From assembly GCA_048265145.1 (NCBI GenBank), contig JBLXCF010000008.1, forward strand, positions 67,570 through 131,569: a DNA stretch of 64,000 nucleotides, read 5' to 3'. Below are positions 19,732 to 28,711 of the stretch, piece after piece. The DNA comes from Aequorivita sp. (GTDB lineage: Bacteria > Bacteroidota > Bacteroidia > Flavobacteriales > Flavobacteriaceae). The notes beneath the pieces are model-generated. The model saw nothing but the letters and a program-made list of their open reading frames with translations, ran no database searches and was not told where the DNA came from. The translations under genes were made by a program, and so were the position numbers. The first letter of the stretch is position 1. Each line of letters opens with the position of its first letter.

Positions 19732-20381
19732 GCCCCGAAAAAAAAAATACCGTTGCCATTGTAGATGACCATTCCCTTTTTGCATCTTCATTGGAAAAAC
19801 TCATTAATTCCTTCCCCAACTTTCAAGTACTTTTCCACTCCAGGAATGGTGTGGAACTCCAAGATCGGCTTGCCAATATGGCTGAAGTTCCGGATATCAT
19901 TTTGTTGGATATCAACATGCCCGTAATGGATGGTTTTGAAACGGCGGAGTGGTTGAGGGACAACCATCCACAGGTAAAAACGCTGGCACTATCCATGGAG
20001 GACGACGACCAAATTATTTTAAAAATGCTCAGGATGGGGGCCAAAGGTTATCTCTTGAAGGATATCCATCCTGAAATTCTGAACACGGCCCTCGACGAAT
20101 TGATGGAAAGGGGATACTATTATTCTGAAAAAGTTTCGGAAACCATTATCCATACCATAAATCAGGATTCCGAGTTCAAACCTATTGACTTAAAGGAAAA
20201 TGAGATTGCTTTCATCCAATTGGCATGCACGGAAAAAACCTATAAGGAAATAGCCGAAATTATGGGATTAAGCCCCAAAACGATTGATGGTTATAGGCAC
20301 GACCTTTTTAACCGGCTTAAGGTTAAAAATCGTGTGGGGCTGGTCATTTTCGCCTTGAAAAACAATATAATCAAAATTTAG
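19728..20381 (+). CDS. NarL/LuxR family response regulator
   Basis: IVDDH, LLDINMP and GYLLK receiver motifs; KEIAEIMGLSPKTIDGYR HTH. Confidence 0.95.
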   Translation: MSPEKKNTVAIVDDHSLFASSLEKLINSFPNFQVLFHSRNGVELQDRLANMAEVPDIILLDINMPVMDGFETAEWLRDNHPQVKTLALSMEDDDQIILKMLRMGAKGYLLKDIHPEILNTALDELMERGYYYSEKVSETIIHTINQDSEFKPIDLKENEIAFIQLACTEKTYKEIAEIMGLSPKTIDGYRHDLFNRLKVKNRVGLVIFALKNNIIKI

Positions 20382-21007
20382 GAACATACATTCCAAACGG
20401 CATCCAACGGGGGAGGGGCGTCAATTTGAAGTTCCGTTTTTTGGACCGGATGGATAAATGAAATTTGCCTTGCGTGAAGATGAATACTTCCGTCTGGGTT
20501 GCTTCGGTCAAAGCCGTATTTTAAATCGCCCTTTATGGGGCATCCAATGGCTGCCAATTGCGATCGTATTTGATGGTGCCTTCCAGTTTCCAAAACTACT
20601 TCCAGCAAACAGTAATTATCCAACTTTTTTGTCATTCTATAGTGAAGAACAGCCTTTTTACTATTAGGCACCTCCTTGCTGTGGGCGTAGGATTTGTTCT
20701 GTTTTGGATTTCTGTGCAAAAAATGGATCAGGGTTCCCTGCAATGCGGGAGGGGCATTTTTCACGATTGCCCAGTAGACTTTTCTCGTTTCCCTTTCAGC
20801 AAACATTTTATTCAATCTGGACAAGGCCTTCGAAGTTTTTGCGAAAACCACAATGCCGCTGGTAGGACGGTCCAATCTATGGACAACCCCTAAATATACC
20901 GCACCCGGTTTGTTGTATTTTTCAGCAATATAGTTCTTTACCACCTCTGAAAGTGGAGCGTCGCCCGTTTTATCGCCCTGAACGATATCTCCCGGACGCT
21001 TATTCAC
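20378..21007 (-). CDS. rluA: RluA family pseudouridine synthase (true start lies upstream of 21007)
   Basis: VHRLDRPTSG catalytic motif, ETGRHHQIR and GDLKYG. In-frame LQILFEDNHLII precedes the called GTG. Confidence 0.9.
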   Translation of the reverse strand: MNKRPGDIVQGDKTGDAPLSEVVKNYIAEKYNKPGAVYLGVVHRLDRPTSGIVVFAKTSKALSRLNKMFAERETRKVYWAIVKNAPPALQGTLIHFLHRNPKQNKSYAHSKEVPNSKKAVLHYRMTKKLDNYCLLEVVLETGRHHQIRSQLAAIGCPIKGDLKYGFDRSNPDGSIHLHARQISFIHPVQKTELQIDAPPPLDAVWNVCS

Positions 21008-21146
21008 TATAATTAAATGATTGTCCTCAAATAAAATTTGAAGCGTATCCTTAGTGCTATGTGGGCTGGATTTTTGGATGGTGCGATTTTTGGCTTGCGG
21101 AAATTTTCGATTTTAAATATTTTAAAATCAAAAACCCAACTATCTC

Positions 21147-21965
21147 TTAATATTGCTCGCTATCATTAGGGAAATCACCGCTCTTTACATCACTACTGTA
21201 TTTGCTGAAGGCGTTTTTCATTTCGGAATACAGATCTAAATAACGTCGCAGGAACCGCGGATTGAATTCGTGGGTCATCCCCAGCATGTCGTGGGTAACC
21301 AATACTTGCCCATCAACACCATTTCCTGCACCAATTCCGATTACCGGAATACTGATCTTTTCGGCTACTTCCTGTGCCAATTTTGCGGGAACTTTTTCAA
21401 GAACTACCGCAAAGCAGCCGGTTTTTTCCAGCAGGATGGCATCCTCGATTAGTTTGGCGGCCTCTTCTTCTTCTTTGGCCCGAACGGTATAAGTTCCAAA
21501 TTTATAAATGGATTGGGGGGTCAGGCCCAAATGGCCCATCACGGGAATTCCGGCATTCAGGATCCGTTTTATGGATTCCTTAATTTCCTTTCCGCCTTCA
21601 AGCTTTACGGCGTGGCCGCCACTTTCCTTCATAATTCTAATGGCGGAGCGCAAGGCTTCCTTGGGGTCGCTTTGATAACTTCCGAAGGGTAGATCCACCA
21701 CCACCAAACTGCGCTCTATAGCCCTAACTACGGAAGCAGCATGATAGATCATTTGGTCCAGGGTAATGGGAAGGGTGGTTTCGTGGCCCGCCATTACATT
21801 GGACGCAGAATCGCCTACCAAAATAACGTCTATTCCTGCACTATCCACAATTTTTGCCATGGTAAAATCATAGGCCGTAAGCATCGAAATTTTTTCGCCC
21901 TTCATTTTCATATCTACCAAAGTTTTGGTAGTGATGCGTTTATATTCTTTTTTTGCTATTGACAT
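21147..21965 (-). CDS. panB: 3-methyl-2-oxobutanoate hydroxymethyltransferase
   Basis: MLTAYD, LVGDS, DLPFGSY, VKLEGG and GHLGLTPQS motifs; start re-called at MSIAKK. Confidence 0.96.
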   Translation of the reverse strand: MSIAKKEYKRITTKTLVDMKMKGEKISMLTAYDFTMAKIVDSAGIDVILVGDSASNVMAGHETTLPITLDQMIYHAASVVRAIERSLVVVDLPFGSYQSDPKEALRSAIRIMKESGGHAVKLEGGKEIKESIKRILNAGIPVMGHLGLTPQSIYKFGTYTVRAKEEEEAAKLIEDAILLEKTGCFAVVLEKVPAKLAQEVAEKISIPVIGIGAGNGVDGQVLVTHDMLGMTHEFNPRFLRRYLDLYSEMKNAFSKYSSDVKSGDFPNDSEQY

Positions 21966-22036
21966 ATTTAAAGGAAAGATATTTTTAGAAAATGTAAAAG
22001 TACTATTTTTGAAGTGGAACCAAATAAATCTTTCTG

Positions 22037-22501
22037 ATGAAATCCATAATCCTAATACTTTCCCTGTCTCTAACGCTCCAAGGTTTTGCGCAGGAATCAC
22101 TATCAACCCAAAATGCGAAGATCATTATCGATATTTTTATGGATGGCTATCGGACCGGCGATACAATCAAGATGAAGTCCGTAATGCACCCAAACATGAC
22201 CATGAACCGGGCCTATTTAAATAAGGAACAGGAAAATATCCTTATGTATATTAGGACTACAGAACTGTTGAAATATGCTGCAACAAAAGGAAAATCCCTT
22301 AATTGGGACGAGCAACTCACCGATTATATAGTGAACAGTGATGGCAACCTTGCCCACGTTTGGGCCCCCTATGAATATTTTTTGGATGGAAAATTCAGCC
22401 ACTGTGGGGCCAATTCGTTCACCTTGGTCTATACCGATGAAAGCTGGAAGATCCTCCATTTGATAGATTCATTGCGGATTGGCAGTTGTAAAAAGGAATG
22501 A
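22037..22501 (+). CDS. Secreted NTF2-like (SnoaL/DUF4440) protein
   Basis: Signal peptide; [19 protein letters not shown] and WKI motifs. Confidence 0.8.
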   Translation: MKSIILILSLSLTLQGFAQESLSTQNAKIIIDIFMDGYRTGDTIKMKSVMHPNMTMNRAYLNKEQENILMYIRTTELLKYAATKGKSLNWDEQLTDYIVNSDGNLAHVWAPYEYFLDGKFSHCGANSFTLVYTDESWKILHLIDSLRIGSCKKE

Positions 22502-22505
22502 GAGT

Positions 22506-23930
22506 CTAACAATCGCTAACATTTACCTGCACGGCAAGCCCGCCTTCGCTGGTTTCTTTATATTTTGAAGTCATATCCTTGGCGGTTTCCCACATGGTGG
22601 CAATTACTTTGTCGAGAGGAACTTTTGCTTTTGAAGGATCGCTGTCCAAAGCCATTTCACAAGCATTTATGGCCTTTACCGCACCCATAGCGTTACGTTC
22701 AATGCACGGAATTTGGACCAAGCCGGCAATAGGGTCGCAGGTCATCCCTAAATGGTGTTCCATCGCAATCTCACTTGCCATTAGGCATTGTTCGGGGGTT
22801 CCGCCCATCAATTCACAAAGCGCTCCGGCCGCCATCGATGAGGAAACGCCAATCTCTGCCTGGCAACCGCCCATTGCCGCGGAAATGGTAGCTCCTTTTT
22901 TGAAAAGACTGCCAATTTCGCCAGCAACTAATAGGAATTTCTTTATATCATCAAAATTCGCGTCGTGGTTTTCAATGACCATATAATACATCATAACGGC
23001 GGGTATTACGCCAGCACTGCCATTGGTGGGGGCAGTAACCACGCGGCCCAAGGAGGCATTCACCTCGTTTACGGCCAACGCAAAGCACGAGACCCATTTT
23101 AGGATTTGCCGAAATTTTACCTCGGTATTGCGGATGGCGCCAATCCATTCCGCTGCATCTGAATATTGGGTGTCGCCAATCAGGTTTTTGTTCATCTCGA
23201 AGGCGCGGCGCGTTACATTCAGGCCGCCCGGAAGCGTTCCCTCCGTATGTGCCCCCACGTACATTGATTCCAGCATAACGTCCCAAATTTTTCGTAACCC
23301 CTCGGTGATTTCGGCATCGGTGCGCAGCGAACGTTCGTTTTCGAGAACGATTTCAGAAATGCTCTTGCCTTCTTTTTTGCAATAGGCGAGCAATTCGGTT
23401 CCTTTTTCAATGGGAAATGGGAATCTCGCAAACTTTTCCAGTTTCAGCTTTTGGTTTTTCCGCTCTTTTTTTACGGTGAAGCCGCCCCCGATGGAATAAT
23501 AGGAAGTAGATTTTTTGGAGCCGTCTGTTAAAGTTGCACGGAAGGTCATCCCGTTGGGGTGGAATTCCAAAAACTTTCGGTTGAAGATGATGTTCTCTTT
23601 CGGAACAAAAGCAACTTCGCGCTCGCCGTTGAGGTTCAATTTATTTTCAGTGTTGATAAAATCGATTTCCTTTTCAATATTTTCAATGGGAAACGTAACT
23701 GGGTCAAAACCCGAAAGCCCCAACATGACTGCAATGTCCGTGGCGTGGCCTTTTCCCGTTAAGGAAAGCGAACCGTAAAGGTCTACTGTAATTCCTACTA
23801 CTTCCTCAAATTGCTTTTTTTCCTTCAGTTCACCAATCCATCGCAGGGCCGCGCGCCACGGTCCCAAAGTGTGCGAGCTGGACGGGCCCACACCAATCTT
23901 CAACATATCAAAAACGCTGATGCTTTCCAT
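22506..23930 (-). CDS. sdaA: L-serine ammonia-lyase, Fe-S dependent
   Basis: IGVGPSSSHTLGP, GKGHATD, APTNGSAG, GCQAE and CDP..GLVQIPCIERN motifs. Confidence 0.96.
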   Translation of the reverse strand: MESISVFDMLKIGVGPSSSHTLGPWRAALRWIGELKEKKQFEEVVGITVDLYGSLSLTGKGHATDIAVMLGLSGFDPVTFPIENIEKEIDFINTENKLNLNGEREVAFVPKENIIFNRKFLEFHPNGMTFRATLTDGSKKSTSYYSIGGGFTVKKERKNQKLKLEKFARFPFPIEKGTELLAYCKKEGKSISEIVLENERSLRTDAEITEGLRKIWDVMLESMYVGAHTEGTLPGGLNVTRRAFEMNKNLIGDTQYSDAAEWIGAIRNTEVKFRQILKWVSCFALAVNEVNASLGRVVTAPTNGSAGVIPAVMMYYMVIENHDANFDDIKKFLLVAGEIGSLFKKGATISAAMGGCQAEIGVSSSMAAGALCELMGGTPEQCLMASEIAMEHHLGMTCDPIAGLVQIPCIERNAMGAVKAINACEMALDSDPSKAKVPLDKVIATMWETAKDMTSKYKETSEGGLAVQVNVSDC

Positions 23931-23967
23931 TCAAATAAAATTTAAAAACAAAGATAGTATCTTATTT

Positions 23968-24053
23968 AATTATGAATTATGAATTATGAATTATGAATTT
24001 ATTTTTCAACATTCAACATTCAATATTGAGCATTGAGCATTGCACATTGAATC
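23968..24053. repeat. Two adjacent heptamer tracts: (AATTATG)x4, then TTCAAYA/TTGAGCA units
   Basis: Read directly at 23968-23995 and 24005-24053. Confidence 0.85.
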
Positions 24054-25269
24054 ATCTTCTTCTATTTGGCAAAAGTGGCGGTGGCGCGCCGGTAAAGGGA
24101 TTCCAGCGTCCAATGCTCCTTGCCTCCATTCCGGCGGCGCGCATCACTGCCCGGTCGCCATAACGGTCGCGCATCCTGTCCATGGCGTGGTAGAGGTTGA
24201 TTATCTTTTCGTTATCGTCAAACAGGTCTATCTGGAAACCGCCCTCCACCAAATGGCTGAAGCGCACGCCCACCATGCGTACCAACAACCGGCGCTGGTA
24301 GAGTTTTTTAAATAGTTCCATCACTATGGGAATAATTTTATGGTCTGCCGAGCTGTAGGGTATTTTTTGCTGTACCGTATGGGTCTGAAAATCGGAATAC
24401 CTTATTTTAAAAGCCACACAGCCCGTGAGCTTGTTGCCCCGCCGCAGTTGGAAGACCAGGTTCTCGGCCATGGCAATGATGATGCCCTGCAGTTTTTTTA
24501 CATCGGTGGTGTCGCGGTCAAAACTGCGTTCGGTAGAAATGGATTTGCGCTCGGTGTACTGCTCCACGGGCGTATTGTCTATGCCGTTGGCCTTTTGCCA
24601 AATGGTCTGCCCGTTTTTCCCGAAAACCTTTGCCATCATTTCCACCGGCATTTCCTGTATGGTCTTGATCTGTTTGATGCCCAGATCGCAAAAGGCGCGG
24701 TAGGTAACCTCGCCCACCATCGGGATTTTATTTACGGATAAAGGCGAAAGAAAAGGCTTTTCGGTGCCCCGCAATACGTGCATCTGGTTGTTGGGCTTGG
24801 CCTCGCCCGTGGCTATTTTTGAAACGGTCTTGTTGATGGAAAGCCCGAAGGAAATGGGCAATCCCGTTTCCTTTATGATGCGCTGCCGCAATTCCGAAGC
24901 TAATTTTTCGCAACCGAAGAATTTGTCCATTCCCGTAAGATCAATATAAAATTCATCTACCGACGATTTTTCGTAGAGCGGCACGCTTTCCTTTATAACG
25001 TCTGTAACCGTATCGGAAAACTTGCTGTAGGTGCCGGCATCGCCCCGAACCACAATGGCCTCGGGGCAAAGCTGCCGCGCCAGTTTCATCGGCATGGCAG
25101 AGTGGATGCCGAAACTGCGCGCCTCATAACTGCAGGAGGCCACCACCCCGCGGTCGCTCGTGCCGCCAATAAGCACGGGCTTGCCTATCAGGCGGCTGTC
25201 CAGCAAGCGCTCGCAGGACACGAAAAAGGTGTCCAGGTCCATGTGCACTATGTTTCTTTTGTCGTTCAT
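24052..25269 (-). CDS. dinB: Y-family DNA polymerase IV
   Basis: HMDLDTFFVSCE, SYEAR.FG and SVDEFYID motifs. Confidence 0.93.
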   Translation of the reverse strand: MNDKRNIVHMDLDTFFVSCERLLDSRLIGKPVLIGGTSDRGVVASCSYEARSFGIHSAMPMKLARQLCPEAIVVRGDAGTYSKFSDTVTDVIKESVPLYEKSSVDEFYIDLTGMDKFFGCEKLASELRQRIIKETGLPISFGLSINKTVSKIATGEAKPNNQMHVLRGTEKPFLSPLSVNKIPMVGEVTYRAFCDLGIKQIKTIQEMPVEMMAKVFGKNGQTIWQKANGIDNTPVEQYTERKSISTERSFDRDTTDVKKLQGIIIAMAENLVFQLRRGNKLTGCVAFKIRYSDFQTHTVQQKIPYSSADHKIIPIVMELFKKLYQRRLLVRMVGVRFSHLVEGGFQIDLFDDNEKIINLYHAMDRMRDRYGDRAVMRAAGMEARSIGRWNPFTGAPPPLLPNRRR

Positions 25270-25280
25270 TTTTTTAAATT

Positions 25281-25431
25281 GACATAGGACGATAGGACAT
25301 AGGATGTAAGACCAATAAATTTATTCATAACCCACAACTCACAACTCACAACTCACAACTCACAACTCATAACTCATAACTAACCTTTTTAATCCTACGT
25401 CCTATAGCGCAGCGGTCTTAAGTCTTAAGTC
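25281..25431. repeat. Nested heptamer repeats: (CAYAACT)n inside complementary GACNTAR / YTANGTC arms
   Basis: CACAACT x5 plus CATAACT x2, flanked by GACATAG-type units on the left and GTCCTA/GTCTTAA units on the right. Confidence 0.8.
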
Positions 25432-28400
25432 ATCGGCCTTACCGTCTTTCGCCTGTTATCCGTCACGGTTTTTCCTTCAAGCGTTGGGGAGGCGGAACTA
25501 TACCGCGGATCCTGGATTATCGCCAAGCGTTCCATTTTTAGTACTTCAATAGTGATACAATCAAATTCTTCCATCACCTTGCCCGTGATGCTATAAACCC
25601 CTTTTCCGCGGAAGCGATATTGGTGCGCTACCGGCGGAAAGTGCACCGTATCCACAAAATGGCCGTCGCGGTCCACAAAATTCCCGAAGAACATATAGTC
25701 GCCGCGCGAGGTTCTGGTTCGTTTTGTTGTTACCAAATAGCCCTCAATGGTAACCGTTTTCCCAACCAGATCGGGAAGATGCACGGCCCGCAGTTTGTTT
25801 TCGGAAGGGTTTTGCAGCAGCCCAAAAGGGTTGCAGAGCGGAAACCCCAACAGTTCCATTTCGTCAAAGGCGTCCTCCATGGCCGTGTGCGGCAGCGAGG
25901 GCGTTTTATAGTCCATGCGTTTCGGTTTGAAAAGGGTAGGGGCGTTCTCCTCAAAACTCACCTTATTTATCTTCATATAGGCTTCCCACAGCAGTTCGCG
26001 CTTGTTTCTTCCCGTAAAACGGAAGGCGTTTATTTTTATGAGAATGGTAACCTGCTCCATCCCAATGGGCACGCGCTCCAAAAAATCGTCTAAGCTTTCA
26101 AAAGCGCCGTTTTGGTTGCGTTCCGTTATTAACTTTTCGACCAGTTTTGTTTCTACGGACTGTAAAAACCCAAACCCGATGTAGATATCCTTTCCATAAA
26201 TGACCGTTTCGTTATAACTTCGGTTTATGCAGGGCTGCAGGATGTTCCCGCCCCGCATCCGCGCTTCGTGCACATACAGTTCCACGCTGTAAAAACCCCC
26301 GCCGTTGTTGAGCGTGGCCACCATATATTCCAGCGGAAAATAGGCTTTCAAGAAAAGGCTTTGGTAGCTCTCTACAGCGTAGGAAGCGGAATGGCCCTTG
26401 GCAAAGGCATAGCCGGCAAAGCTCTCTATCTGCCGCCACACCTCGGCCGTGAAAGCTTCGTCCCTTCCGGTATTTTTACAGTTGCTGAAAAACTGGTCCT
26501 TCACTTTTTGGAATTCCTCCCGCGAGCGGAATTTCCCGCTCATCCCGCGCCGCAGCATATCGGCCTCGCCCAGATCGAGCCCGCCAAAATGGTGCGCCAC
26601 TTTTATAACATCTTCTTGGTACACCATCACCCCGAAGGTCTCGGGCATAATGTCCAGCAGCACGGGGTGGGCGTCCCTGCGTTTTTCGGGGTGGCGGTAG
26701 CGCAGCACGTACTCGCGCATCATGCCGCTCTTTGCCACGCCGGGACGGATTACCGAGCTGGCGGCCACCAGCCCTAGATAGTCGTCTACCTGCAGTTTGC
26801 GCAGCAGCATCCGCATGGCGGGCGACTCTACATAAAAACAAGCGATGGCCTCTGCGTTGCGCAGCAGCGTTTTTATCTTTTCATCTTTTTTGAAACGCGC
26901 AATATCGTGGATGTCAATGGGTTTTTTCCCGGGGTGGTTGTACTTCACTATTTCCACGGCGTCCTTTATTTTTCCCAGCCCGCGCTGGCTTAAAATATCG
27001 AATTTATAAAGTCCCACGTCCTCTGCAATTACCATATCAAATTGCGTGGTGGCGTAACCTTTTGGCGGCATAAAGGTGGCGGAATAGTAATGGATGGGTT
27101 TTTCCGAAATCAGGATGCCGCCGGCATGTATGCCCAGATAATTGGGGAAGCCTTCAATATATTTGCCGTACATGACCACCAATTGCGAAAGTTTGTCCAG
27201 CGTATCAAAATTGTAATCGCCAGCGGAGAGTCTGTCTATTTCCTCTTTCGGCAACCCGAAAACCTTTCCCAGCTCGCGTACCGAGGCCTTGTATTTAAAG
27301 GTATTGTAAACGGCGATGAGCGCGGTATTCTTAAAAGTTTTAAAAATGAAATCGGTAATATCGTCGCGGTCCTGCCACGAAAAATCAATGTCGAAATCGG
27401 GCGGGTTTTTCCGGTACAGATTGATGAAACGCTCAAAATAAAGGTCCAGTTCCACGGGGTCCACATCGGTAATGCGAAGCAAATAAGCTATTATACTATT
27501 GGCGCCACTGCCACGGCCCACGTAAAAGTAGCCTTTGCTGCGGGCGTACTTTAAAATTTTCCAATTGATCAGAAAATAGGACACGAACCCCTTTTCGCGG
27601 ATGATCTCCAGTTCCTTTTCCATCCGCTTCAGCACACGTTCGCCGGGCCTTTTGTACCGGTAGGGGATGCCGGCGTAGGCCAGTTTTTTCAGCAGTCGGA
27701 AATCCAGCGACTCGTTTGCCGTATACGATTTTTGGTTACAGGTCTTTTCCTTTGAAAAGTCGAAATGTACGTGGCAGCGCCGCAAAAGCTGTTGGGTGTT
27801 TTCAATGAGTTTCGGAAATTCCGCAAAGGATTTTTTCAATATTTCTTCGGAAACAAATACATCGGCCTGGCTGCCCTGTTCCGAGGCGGGCAGTTTGCTG
27901 AGCAGCGTATTGTTGTCAATAGCGCGCAGCAGGCGGTGGGTATTGAAACCCTTTTTGTTCTGAAAGGTTACGGTCTGCAGTACCACCAATTTTTCCTGTC
28001 TGTTTTTCCATTTTGAAAATTTCAGGCGGTTGAGGTCTTCCATTTTTACGCCGAGGAATTCGTTTTCCAAAAGTGTTCCGTCTTCAAAGGAAGCGAACGG
28101 ATATATACTATAGGTATGCGGCAGCTGTTTTGCGCGCGCGGGAATTTTCAGTTGTTCGGTGCCTTTTCGCTCGTGCAGAAATCCCGATAAGTATTCATTT
28201 ATATATTGAAATCCCTTGTTATTTTCGGCCAGCATCACAAACTGCTGCTGCGCACCTTTTCGAAAATCTACGCCCAGAATGGGTTTTATCTTAAATTCCG
28301 GCGCCACGCGGACAAATTCCAAACTCGCCGAGGTGGAATTGATGTCGGTAAGCGCCATGGCCATTGCTCGTGTGCGTTGCCCAAGCGACAGCAACTCACT

Positions 28401-28454
28401 TATTTTCAGCGTTCCGAAGCGAAGGCTGTAGTAGGTATGGCAATTCAAAAACAT
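25425..28454 (-). CDS. dnaE2: Error-prone DNA polymerase III alpha subunit
   Basis: PHP start HTYYSL, GRGSGANS, PDFDIDF, KFDILS and FAGYAFAKGHS motifs; paired with dinB and SOS boxes. Confidence 0.9.
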   Translation of the reverse strand: MFLNCHTYYSLRFGTLKISELLSLGQRTRAMAMALTDINSTSASLEFVRVAPEFKIKPILGVDFRKGAQQQFVMLAENNKGFQYINEYLSGFLHERKGTEQLKIPARAKQLPHTYSIYPFASFEDGTLLENEFLGVKMEDLNRLKFSKWKNRQEKLVVLQTVTFQNKKGFNTHRLLRAIDNNTLLSKLPASEQGSQADVFVSEEILKKSFAEFPKLIENTQQLLRRCHVHFDFSKEKTCNQKSYTANESLDFRLLKKLAYAGIPYRYKRPGERVLKRMEKELEIIREKGFVSYFLINWKILKYARSKGYFYVGRGSGANSIIAYLLRITDVDPVELDLYFERFINLYRKNPPDFDIDFSWQDRDDITDFIFKTFKNTALIAVYNTFKYKASVRELGKVFGLPKEEIDRLSAGDYNFDTLDKLSQLVVMYGKYIEGFPNYLGIHAGGILISEKPIHYYSATFMPPKGYATTQFDMVIAEDVGLYKFDILSQRGLGKIKDAVEIVKYNHPGKKPIDIHDIARFKKDEKIKTLLRNAEAIACFYVESPAMRMLLRKLQVDDYLGLVAASSVIRPGVAKSGMMREYVLRYRHPEKRRDAHPVLLDIMPETFGVMVYQEDVIKVAHHFGGLDLGEADMLRRGMSGKFRSREEFQKVKDQFFSNCKNTGRDEAFTAEVWRQIESFAGYAFAKGHSASYAVESYQSLFLKAYFPLEYMVATLNNGGGFYSVELYVHEARMRGGNILQPCINRSYNETVIYGKDIYIGFGFLQSVETKLVEKLITERNQNGAFESLDDFLERVPIGMEQVTILIKINAFRFTGRNKRELLWEAYMKINKVSFEENAPTLFKPKRMDYKTPSLPHTAMEDAFDEMELLGFPLCNPFGLLQNPSENKLRAVHLPDLVGKTVTIEGYLVTTKRTRTSRGDYMFFGNFVDRDGHFVDTVHFPPVAHQYRFRGKGVYSITGKVMEEFDCITIEVLKMERLAIIQDPRYSSASPTLEGKTVTDNRRKTVRPMT

Positions 28455-28460
28455 TCTGCT

Positions 28461-28490
28461 GGATTTATTCCAAAATTATGGAAATATTCC
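28461..28490. promoter_or_regulatory. Two tandem Bacteroidota SOS boxes (GGA-N5-TCC)
   Basis: GGATTTATTCC (28461-28471) and GGAAATATTCC (28480-28490), 7-36 nt upstream of the dnaE2 start; both extend to TGGA-N5-TCCA. Confidence 0.8.
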
Positions 28491-28616
28491 AATATCGAAA
28501 AGAGAATTCTAAATAAAAATTTCAAATTAAAACAGTGCAGAATCTATTTTTTCATAGAATTTGGATTTTGAGATTTGGCGCTTAACTACGGCCAGCAACA
28601 TATTCAATAAAAATTT

Positions 28617-28657
28617 CTGACATCATGGCAGTCGTCATCCGCTGGCACAATCATTGT
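28617..28657 (+). promoter_or_regulatory. Candidate sigma54 promoter plus upstream inverted repeat for dnaK
   Basis: TGGCAC-AATCA-TTGT (28643-28657) and CTGACA-TCA-TGGCAG (28617-28631). Confidence 0.5.
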
Positions 28658-28711
28658 CTTATACAGACCGTAAAATAAAATTGAATTAACTTAATATATA
28701 ACACAATAGAT

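Noticed and set aside
21966-22106. Long N-terminal extensions in the ORF track (panB; also lplA, cvfB, menD, 42146 ORF and FAD oxidoreductase)
   Set aside because: Conserved sequence starts at a downstream ATG. In most of these cases (not checked for panB) a -7-type element lies inside the extension.
25325-25381. Tandem repeats as a CRISPR array
   Set aside because: 7-bp contiguous units with no spacers, and no cas genes in the window.
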